A stretch of 55,233 nucleotides of DNA, taken from IMG/VR virus record IMGVR_UViG_3300031951_000200, positions 1 to 55,233 of that record; one strand, given 5' to 3'. Below, piece by piece: positions 48,297 through 55,233 of the stretch (the stretch's first letter is position 1; each line of letters opens with the position of its first letter). Both the position numbers and the translations under genes were made by a program. This DNA comes from a virus. Taxonomy: Duplodnaviria; Caudoviricetes. The notes beneath the pieces were generated by a model that saw only the letters and a program-made list of their open reading frames with translations, was not told where the DNA came from and ran no database searches.

Positions 48297-49129
48297 TGGA
48301 TCGTCTCTTCGGGCTGCGGAGGCGGGAAGATTTCTACCTGCTCGCGTAGCCACATGCCGTTCACATACTGCTGCGTGTCGCGGAGGATGAAGCTCTCCCA
48401 GTCGATGAAATTGGTGGCCGGAATGATCGTCTTGTTTGGGTTGCGCCCCGGAGGAGGGTTTTGAACGCCCACTCCAACGATGATTTCCGCTGTGTATTGC
48501 TGCTCGGGAAAGACAACGGTGGGATGCAGGCAGCGAACAAAGTCCATGGAAACGCCGATGTAGGAGCCATTCACATCCGTAGGCACCGGCTGCTCATGCG
48601 TCAGGTCAGCTTCGCTCCACGGCGTCGGAGAAAGGAACTGTCGGACGATGATCGTCGAGTTGTAGTTGACCTCTGGAATGAACTTGTAGCGCGGCAGAAT
48701 GCGCGGCGTGGTGACGATGGATGCGCCGTTATTGATAGCCAGCGGGAAGGCATTCGTCTCGATGGCGTAGAGGTCGAGTAGAACCGCAGGCCAAGTGTAG
48801 TTCTGCGTGTCCGGGAAAACCTTGAAGGGCTTGTTCTTGGTGCCTAGACCATCCTTGGAGTTCTCGGTCTTTGATTTGCCGAACAGGAAGGAGATGGAGC
48901 CAGCGCCACCTTTGGAGCACGAAACATAGATGTAATCGCCCCATTTCTCATTGGCGCGCTCGCCGTTGACCGCCCAAAGGAACTCCTTGTAGCGAGTCAC
49001 CCCGGCCTGCAAAATGGGCTTCTCGGGCGACAGGAACAGCTCAGGGTTGATCTTTTGGTCAGGCACCGACACCGAGAACATGAACTCGTTCGGGTCTGGC
49101 GTCGGAAGTAGCTGGAAATTCGAGGCCAT
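48293..49129 (-). CDS. Putative tail/structural protein
   Basis: Beta-rich; coupled to neighbours. Confidence 0.55.
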   Translation of the reverse strand: MASNFQLLPTPDPNEFMFSVSVPDQKINPELFLSPEKPILQAGVTRYKEFLWAVNGERANEKWGDYIYVSCSKGGAGSISFLFGKSKTENSKDGLGTKNKPFKVFPDTQNYTWPAVLLDLYAIETNAFPLAINNGASIVTTPRILPRYKFIPEVNYNSTIIVRQFLSPTPWSEADLTHEQPVPTDVNGSYIGVSMDFVRCLHPTVVFPEQQYTAEIIVGVGVQNPPPGRNPNKTIIPATNFIDWESFILRDTQQYVNGMWLREQVEIFPPPQPEETIQ

Positions 49130-49824
49130 TAGACGGTGTTCGGGGGATACGGAGCAATCACATCGCCAGTCTGCCATTCAGCGGCCAGAGAGGCAGGGGT
49201 GCCATTCTCAATAGTGAAAATCCAGTGCGTGCGAGCGAGGAAGGTCTGCCGGAGGGGCTGATGGTTGATTTCGTCGGAGACTGAGGCTCGGAGGTCGGTG
49301 GCGGTAGGCTGCGCAGTAGTGGCAACAGCCCCGATTTGACCCGTTCCGAATGCCCCCGGAATAACAGCCACATCAGCCGTAAACGTCGAATTTGTGGAGT
49401 AAGTCACCCCGGCGCTGACGTGATCGGCGTAGAACGTGCCTCCGTTGGTGAAAATATCTCGAAACTCGCTCGACCACACTCGGATTTCGTCCCGTTGGAT
49501 GATCGCGTAGCCAGCGGTGATGCCTGTACCAAGGTCAATCGCAGCTCCCCCAAGGGTTTCGGCCAGCTTGCAGGTAGCGCCGGAACTGTCTCGGGCGAAA
49601 TAGACCCGGTTCGTAGTGAGGTTAGAGCCTCCTGAAAGCTGCGTAAAGGTGATTTGCAGGCCGTCTGACAGCGTGGCACCGGCAAAGGTGACTACATCCG
49701 TGGAATTATCGCCCGTGACGCCAGCGTAGGCTGTGGTTGATCCGGTAAGGGACACCGCCGAAACGTTGTCGTATTTGAAGAATCTGCCGTTCTTTCGGCA
49801 AAGGAAAATCGTGTCGCTGGCCAT
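49129..49824 (-). CDS. Putative tail fibre/decoration protein
   Basis: T/G/A-rich beta domain (TFAGATLSDGLQITF...LTTNRVYF...KLAETLGGAAID). Confidence 0.6.
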   Translation of the reverse strand: MASDTIFLCRKNGRFFKYDNVSAVSLTGSTTAYAGVTGDNSTDVVTFAGATLSDGLQITFTQLSGGSNLTTNRVYFARDSSGATCKLAETLGGAAIDLGTGITAGYAIIQRDEIRVWSSEFRDIFTNGGTFYADHVSAGVTYSTNSTFTADVAVIPGAFGTGQIGAVATTAQPTATDLRASVSDEINHQPLRQTFLARTHWIFTIENGTPASLAAEWQTGDVIAPYPPNTV

Positions 49825-49842
49825 AATTTCGGAGAATATCAC

Positions 49843-49871
49843 TTGCGCGGGTGAGGGCAAGTTGTTAATGT
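49843..49871 (+). promoter_or_regulatory. Promoter for the large structured RNA locus
   Basis: TTGCGC-N17-TAATGT with extended TG; same TGTTAATGT as the promoter at ~19430-19458. Confidence 0.6.
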
Positions 49872-49877
49872 CGCCCT

Positions 49878-50590
49878 ATTCCCAAATAGGTTTGCTCGTG
49901 CAAGGAGCGATCCGCCCACAGCAAACCGCTCTGAGGCCGACTTCTTGCACAAGTCGGCCTCTTTGTGTTGGCGGAACAACCTCCCGCGACATAGGTATCG
50001 GTAGCGTCCCTGAGCGGGCAACGTGGAGCCGGTAGAGGTAGAGAGCAGAGTTCAGCGGATAACACCAACGTATATCGCGTGTCGCGTCTAGCTGCCTAGC
50101 AGAAGCATAGCTGCCGTCTAAGGTGTCCCAAGAATCCGCGTAATGGCGAAAACCGGGTGCGACGGATAGACAAAAGCAGGGAGTAGCGACCCCCGCCCGC
50201 TGAACTCTGCTCTCCGAAGGTTGAATTGAGCGCACGCTTGTAGAGCAAGTCGCAAGACGGGTGATGCCTCAAAGCGGGATTCCCGAAAGGGTTTCACAAG
50301 AGTCCGGTTACGTTCCCGTTCGTATGGAATACCGGAGTGTGCTCAATTCAGCCTTCAAACAACGGTGTCGCCCTGAAATGCAAGTTAAGGCGGCGTAAAA
50401 ACGATGGTTCGGGTTAATGCCCCGAGGAGAAACCGTTAGGGCAACAGTCTGTATATGCTCATCAACCGTGGACTGCCCTAGTGTGAGAAATCATGTGTTA
50501 CGGAAACCTCATTGGCTCCTTATACTGATGCTTAATCACACAGGTCTTTCGGCAATAGCCGGGAGAAACTGTGCCCGTTTTCCTTTTCCA
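49878..50590 (+). ncRNA. Large multi-domain structured RNA region
   Basis: 18-bp perfect stem 50041-50058/50197-50214; 20-bp stem 50216-50235/50337-50356 with two G-U pairs on +; GCAA/GAAA tetraloops; no credible ORF. Confidence 0.7.
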
Positions 50591-50609
50591 CCATACCTGA
50601 TAGTCACTT

Positions 50610-51338
50610 ATGCAAAGCAGCCCAACATCCTACGGCCAAAGTCTCTGCCGTCGCTACATTCTAGCCCTCACACCGTCTCGGTTTTACGAGAATCATAGAC
50701 CTAGTTGGCTATTTGGGATGGAGCTAGATTTCTTCTTTCCAGACCACAACATCGCCATTGAGTTTAATGGCGACCAGCACTACTTTTCAACTGGCCTATC
50801 GGAATCGCCCAGTGCTCAAATAAGGCGTGACGTGAGAAAGAAAATGCTTTGCAGAGAGAGGGGCATTAAGGTCTTTGTGTTCAAAGCTATTGATTTGGTG
50901 ATGTGCAGGTTTCGCATGAAACTGAAGAAAACACTCCCGTTCTACGCAAAGACAAAAGTTTCCGATCTCGATGCGGAGGCCAAGCGATACAGGAAGCTCT
51001 TGAGGGAGAAATTCCACAGTCCAACCGCCCACCGTGGAAAAGGGAAGGCCAGACAAAAGACCGTGGCTAAACTGTTTGAGGCTCACCCTCCCTCGTTTGA
51101 GGGCAGGTGGAATGCGGACAAGTTTTACTTTAAGTGGAATGAGTGGTGTAAGGACCAACCCAAATGCCTCGAAACTGTTCAATCCTTCAAGGAAGCGTTT
51201 CCAAACAATCTTCGCAAAAGGCAAATTAGAGAGTTGGATAGAATCTCAATGAAGTGGGAGACTAAAACCGAATCCCCAAGAAACAATGGCGCAAGCCCTG
51301 CATCCCGTGTGACTGCCCTTGACTCGCCCTCCGAATAA
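50610..51338 (+). CDS. Vsr/DUF559-like (PD-(D/E)xK-related) endonuclease with basic C-terminal region
   Basis: RPSWL.GMELDFFFPDHNIAIEFNGDQHY...RD..K...C...GI. Confidence 0.75.
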   Translation: MQSSPTSYGQSLCRRYILALTPSRFYENHRPSWLFGMELDFFFPDHNIAIEFNGDQHYFSTGLSESPSAQIRRDVRKKMLCRERGIKVFVFKAIDLVMCRFRMKLKKTLPFYAKTKVSDLDAEAKRYRKLLREKFHSPTAHRGKGKARQKTVAKLFEAHPPSFEGRWNADKFYFKWNEWCKDQPKCLETVQSFKEAFPNNLRKRQIRELDRISMKWETKTESPRNNGASPASRVTALDSPSE

Positions 51339-51347
51339 GCGTAAGGT
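51319..51347 (+). promoter_or_regulatory. Promoter, CGTAAGGT class (leaderless)
   Basis: TTGACT-N17-TAAGGT-N7-ATG. Confidence 0.8.
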
Positions 51348-51354
51348 TGGAGAT

Positions 51355-51561
51355 ATGAAACCCGAACCCCAATGGCACGACTTCCCGTTCAAAAGCGGCC
51401 TGTATGCGCTGCGTTGTGGAGAATATGTGGCTATCGCCCACATTTACGGTGAGGGGTCGGTTTGGTATTACCGAAATGAAGGATATAGTTACGCATACCC
51501 ATTTGCTCCAGAGCTGTTCAACGGAGAGTGCTACGGGCCTATTGAGCTTCCAAAGATGTGA
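51355..51561 (+). CDS. Hypothetical protein
   Basis: Start MKPEPQW directly after the promoter. Confidence 0.6.
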   Translation: MKPEPQWHDFPFKSGLYALRCGEYVAIAHIYGEGSVWYYRNEGYSYAYPFAPELFNGECYGPIELPKM

Positions 51562-51767
51562 ATGCCTGTCACTCCTGCATCCACCTAGGCCTCATTAAAG
51601 GCCGCGCCGGAGTCTGCAAGGGACACATCTGCATGGCTCCAATCACATCCGACCCTCCAAAAGACGGAGAGACGCGGGCCAAGCATCCATTCGTCTATCT
51701 CACGGAGGTTGATAGCCTCTGCGAGATGTGGACGCCGCATAAGGTGGTTGACGGAGAAGATAAATAA
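51558..51767 (+). CDS. Small Cys-rich protein
   Basis: CHSC...C...C...C. Confidence 0.55.
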   Translation: MNACHSCIHLGLIKGRAGVCKGHICMAPITSDPPKDGETRAKHPFVYLTEVDSLCEMWTPHKVVDGEDK

Positions 51768-51776
51768 ACGTAAGGT
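51748..51776 (+). promoter_or_regulatory. Promoter, CGTAAGGT class (leaderless)
   Basis: TTGACG-N17-TAAGGT-N7-ATG. Confidence 0.8.
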
Positions 51777-51783
51777 TAAGTAT

Positions 51784-52119
51784 ATGACACCCGACCAAAC
51801 CCTCACAAAACTCCTCGACCTCTGCGCCAAACATGGCTACGACGCTGTGGCTATTGGGATGAAGCATGAGGTGGTTCCTCAAAGTGTGAGATTTGTGTTT
51901 GGACCCCAAGGTAGCATCTTCGCCAATCCAAAGGGCAGAAAAAGGTGCAACATTGATGGATGGCCCGCTATTTGGTCTATCGTTGAGCAAGTTGGCCTCG
52001 AAAGTGGCTGCGGAAACTTTCATCAACACCAAATCCACAACGCACCCTTCCTCCATCCTCAAGTCTGGCAACTTAAAAAGGGCAAGTGGGCGAAGATTGC
52101 GGAGGAGGTGGCGTCATGA
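51784..52119 (+). CDS. Hypothetical protein
   Basis: Start MTPDQT. Confidence 0.6.
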   Translation: MTPDQTLTKLLDLCAKHGYDAVAIGMKHEVVPQSVRFVFGPQGSIFANPKGRKRCNIDGWPAIWSIVEQVGLESGCGNFHQHQIHNAPFLHPQVWQLKKGKWAKIAEEVAS

Positions 52120-53002
52120 AAATAGCAATGGCATCCGTATCACTTTCAAAGAGGGATGGGTATAACCTGCTCACATCACACTCCCTTCATTATTGCCAAG
52201 ACGTAAACGAGGACGAGATGCGAGGAATAGCCATCAAGTCCTCGATGGAGAATAAGCCCGGATTTTCCGTGGACTCGGTTTTGGTGAAGGTGATAGAAAT
52301 ACCTGAGAGCAATGCCTGACCTCTGCCCCACCTGCCACGCTGCCGGACGTTCCTTGTGGAACAATTCTTGCCTATGCACGGGTGACGCCATGCAGCCAAC
52401 GGCATTCCATAAGTGGTCGGCAAAGAACCGCATTCCTCACAACATCCAGCAGCCTAAAATCGAACTGCCGAAAGTGGTTGTCAAAAAGCCGAAGCTAGTG
52501 TTTGGTCAGGCTATACCGAAGATATGACCTACGAAGAAGAACCCATTGAGGACGCCCTAGTAACCCTCTGCGAAACCGTGTTTGACCCGGATCGCGCAGC
52601 GCCGTTAATCCGCAAGAACATCGCCAATCGCATTGCCTGCGAATACACCGTGAAGTTCTACGGCACGGAGGCTGGAATCATCATGGAAACGAATCTAGTA
52701 ACCAAGGCAGAGCCTAAGAGGCTTGGAAAGAAGGTGGTGGTATGAGTGAAACGCAAGTTTTATCGAATGTCCTTGGCGGCGCTCAGGCGGCTGATTTAAC
52801 CGCAATGAAGACCGCATCTATTATGAGCCGTCAAGGATATAAAATCACGGGCTTTGTGGTGTGTCACCCTGAAACGCATGAGCGGTGTATCGTGGAAATG
52901 TCCGCGTGCCGTTGGCTGACCAACGAAGAGATGTGGTGGCTCATGCACGTCAGCAAGTCACCTCTTAACCCTACCTCATCTCCTCCACCCACCGAACCAT
53001 AA
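52116..53002 (+). CDS. Run of four small overlapping hypothetical genes (52116-52319, 52312-52527, 52524-52745, 52742-53002)
   Basis: Mostly ATGA-type overlaps. Confidence 0.55.
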
Positions 53003-53158
53003 TCGGCGTGATCGTGGCATTATCGCCATCGTGCATGGAGCAGCCTTTACCGCACTCAATAAACCAAGTGCCGTCGTAGCCAATCTTGGGCCGCTCCTTG
53101 TGCTGTCGGCAGGGTGGGGCGGTCTGATTAAAGTCCAGCATTAGGCGCTCGATTTGGG

Positions 53159-53740
53159 TCATGCTTTGATTTCGGCTGGAAATCCGCACGCCACACGAAG
53201 CTGTCCCATTGGAAATGCGGGTCCGGGGTCGCTCTTGCGTAAAGGTGCAATATCATCGTGACCAATCACATCGTCGAGATTGTAGCGTTCAACGAGCGCC
53301 TTGGCCAGTTCCGTGCAAGCCTTCACCTGCGCCTCGGGATATGCTTCCCATTCCGTAATAGGACCGCCGTTCTTGTGGCGAGCTTTCACCAGCGGCAGTT
53401 TAGTCCACCTAGAAGCCAGTTTGGCGTCGTCGCCAGCGTTGGCTAGTTCAATGCCAATCGAGCACGAATTGAGGCCGTCAAAACCCTTCCATTTCGATTT
53501 GCCAGCATGTCCGCAGACTACGTTAAAGGGACGACACTGGATGATTGAGCCGTCGCGGTCGATAACGATGTGGGCAGAAGCCCCTTTGGCCGCTGGCGTC
53601 TTCCAGAAATTGACGGAGGATTGAGCAGAGGCACCGCTTGTGAAATGGATCACAAGGAAGCGCCGAACAGGCATCGGCGATCCTCCCGCAATTCGGTCAC
53701 GCTTCACGCCTTCAAGCCAGTGGTCTTTGGTGATGTTCAT
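53159..53740 (-). CDS. Endolysin, N-acetylmuramoyl-L-alanine amidase (Amidase_2)
   Basis: LVIHFT, ASAHIVIDRDG, GHAG, NSCSIGIEL, IGHDDI...KSDPGP. Confidence 0.92.
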   Translation of the reverse strand: MNITKDHWLEGVKRDRIAGGSPMPVRRFLVIHFTSGASAQSSVNFWKTPAAKGASAHIVIDRDGSIIQCRPFNVVCGHAGKSKWKGFDGLNSCSIGIELANAGDDAKLASRWTKLPLVKARHKNGGPITEWEAYPEAQVKACTELAKALVERYNLDDVIGHDDIAPLRKSDPGPAFPMGQLRVACGFPAEIKA

Positions 53741-53838
53741 AAATTCGGATTCTTGATGATAATCAAACCCCAAATCGTCAGCGCGACCGCCGTAAACAGC
53801 AGGCCAGCGATAACGGATGGTGTAAATTCGACGATCAT
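53737..53838 (-). CDS. 33-aa single-TM peptide (holin/lysis accessory candidate)
   Basis: MIVEFTPSVIAGLLFTAVALTIWGLIIIKNPNL; overlaps both neighbours. Confidence 0.6.
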   Translation of the reverse strand: MIVEFTPSVIAGLLFTAVALTIWGLIIIKNPNL

Positions 53839-54095
53839 TACGGCTCAACGTCCTCCTCAATCATTCGAGTGTTGTGCTTGTAAAGAAATGCGGCCATGTC
53901 GGTGCTGAGTTTGTCCACTACTTCCTCGGGCAACGCCCATTCCCATTCGTGGAGAAATTCATGAATTAAAATGCGGAGATGAGGCTTGCCGCGAAGCCGG
54001 TCGTCTATTTCAATCCTTCCATTACCGTGCGCAAGCCCGAGAGCGCGATGTCTCCCGAGCTTGCGACGTAGAACGGTTATGGAGCTTGATTTCAC
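53838..54095 (-). CDS. Small zincin-like (HExxH) protein
   Basis: LGLA...IEID..L......LIHEFLH.......EE. Confidence 0.7.
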   Translation of the reverse strand: MKSSSITVLRRKLGRHRALGLAHGNGRIEIDDRLRGKPHLRILIHEFLHEWEWALPEEVVDKLSTDMAAFLYKHNTRMIEEDVEP

Positions 54096-54493
54096 TTTTT
54101 GCGTAGCTGGGCAACCATTGAGGCATTTGCCCCGTTGATGCGATGAGCGATGTAGCTGTTGCTTTTGCCCTTGTGGCGTTCAATAGCCGCCAAGATGCGT
54201 TCTTCTAGGGACTTTGGCTGCCCCTTTGTGGAGACGCCTTCCTTGGCAGGAGAAATACCATCGTCTGTCTTTTGTCGATAGCATCGAACGCGAATGGTCA
54301 TGCGGCGTTTCATGTCCCAAACTGGAAACTCCTGAGTCTCGAAAGCTCCCGATGCCAGACCGCCTTTGAGCAGGTCGTGAACCCGCTCTGGAGAGCATTG
54401 AAGCTCGGCTGCGATCTTGTCTTTGGTGTCCCAACCTGCCGGGATGCTGAACTTCTGGACGTTGATTTTATCGACTGCTTTTTGCCAATTCAT
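54092..54493 (-). CDS. Hypothetical protein with HTH-like segments
   Basis: IPAGWDT..IAAEL..S...V. Confidence 0.6.
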   Translation of the reverse strand: MNWQKAVDKINVQKFSIPAGWDTKDKIAAELQCSPERVHDLLKGGLASGAFETQEFPVWDMKRRMTIRVRCYRQKTDDGISPAKEGVSTKGQPKSLEERILAAIERHKGKSNSYIAHRINGANASMVAQLRKK

Positions 54494-54532
54494 AGTGTGT
54501 TTTGCGTGGTTTATTGTCTGTTTTTGCGTGGC

Positions 54533-55233
54533 TTATCCAACAAAGATCGGGAAGGTGACGGTCCTTCCGTAGCGTTTGTCGAAAATGAATCCCGTTTGGG
54601 AAGGTGGTTCGTATGGTGCTTTAATGACAACGGAGTAGGCGTTGTATCCAATCAAACTCCCGTTGCAAATCCACTTCGGGTTCTGCTGACTCTGGTGCCA
54701 GTGACCAAAGATGTCGAGGTCTGCCGGGACACCCTTGTTCCAAGACGCAATAGCTTTCTCAACTGGGATGGTCAAACCACCAATGCCGCCTTGATACTGC
54801 AATCCGTCGCCGTGATGAATGCGCAGGGTCTTGCCATAGAGGTCGAGAAGAAGGTGGTAGCCATCGGAAACGTGCCATTCGGCCTTGCTGCCCATGTGCT
54901 TCGCCATCGTCTTATACAGCATCCACTCGTAGGAATTGGCTGCACCTGTGGCATGTCGTGGTTTGCGAGTGTTGCGACCATGATTTCCATAGACACAGGG
55001 AATTACTATTTCCCCAAAGTGCTTCGACAAAAGCTCAACACCGCTGGCAATTTGATCTTGAAGCCACAGAACCGTTTGCGTAGGCGATAGAGCATTGTTC
55101 TCCATCAGTTCCTCATGGATGTAGCCCGTCATCAAATCGCCCCCTAAAACAAGCACAAGGCGGTCAATTTTGGCTCCGTGACGCTGAATCTGAGCCATGC
55201 GAACAATGGACTGCCAGAAACGGTTGATGCGCT
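54533..55233 (-). CDS. Calcineurin-like metallophosphoesterase (5'-truncated)
   Basis: GGDL, GNHGR, HHGD, GHWH, NGSL; frame open to the window end. Confidence 0.85.
   Translation of the reverse strand, partial: RINRFWQSIVRMAQIQRHGAKIDRLVLVLGGDLMTGYIHEELMENNALSPTQTVLWLQDQIASGVELLSKHFGEIVIPCVYGNHGRNTRKPRHATGAANSYEWMLYKTMAKHMGSKAEWHVSDGYHLLLDLYGKTLRIHHGDGLQYQGGIGGLTIPVEKAIASWNKGVPADLDIFGHWHQSQQNPKWICNGSLIGYNAYSVVIKAPYEPPSQTGFIFDKRYGRTVTFPIFVG

Noticed and set aside
49839-50698. Short ORFs across the structured region
   Set aside because: Mutually overlapping, non-ATG or weak starts, no motifs; long stems explain the sequence better
54272-55090. 272-aa + strand ORF
   Set aside because: Antisense to the motif-supported metallophosphoesterase
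1-55233. CRISPR/TIGR-type array, reverse transcriptase/DGR, integrase, stop-codon recoding
   Set aside because: No regularly spaced repeat-spacer array, RT or recombinase motifs seen by eye; long genes are intact in the standard code

Overview
This window is a ~55 kb piece of a tailed dsDNA phage genome (podovirus-like, judged from a giant ejected protein and a tubular/adaptor protein). Both ends cut genes: a probable portal on the left and a metallophosphoesterase on the right. No integrase, rRNA or CRISPR array is visible. Modules: glycosyl-/methyltransferases next to the portal (1.3-4.7 kb); small accessory, HTH and HNH genes (5-11.6 kb); a terS-like gene and a C-rich early region (11.9-19 kb) that carries an inverted ColE2-type plasmid replicase; recombination/replication genes (AAA ATPase, SSB-like, MazG-like, RuvC-like, O-like initiator with iterons, DnaB; 19.5-25.8 kb); a 3661-aa polyvalent virion protein with ART-like and zincin domains plus other virion genes; terL on the opposite strand; a second MTase/GT cassette beside a Ser-rich tail protein; and an amidase lysis region. 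The most unusual signal is non-coding. There are two structured RNA loci (about 18980-19415 and 49878-50590). They share a tRNA-like acceptor/T-arm scaffold whose closing stems covary. The first has a boxA-like site and its own promoter and terminator. The second begins with a kissing-loop leader and runs into a Vsr-like endonuclease gene. A repeated promoter motif (TTGAnn-N17-TAAGGT preceded by AATWAACG) appears to drive leaderless transcripts. All calls come from reading motifs by eye; no searches were run.
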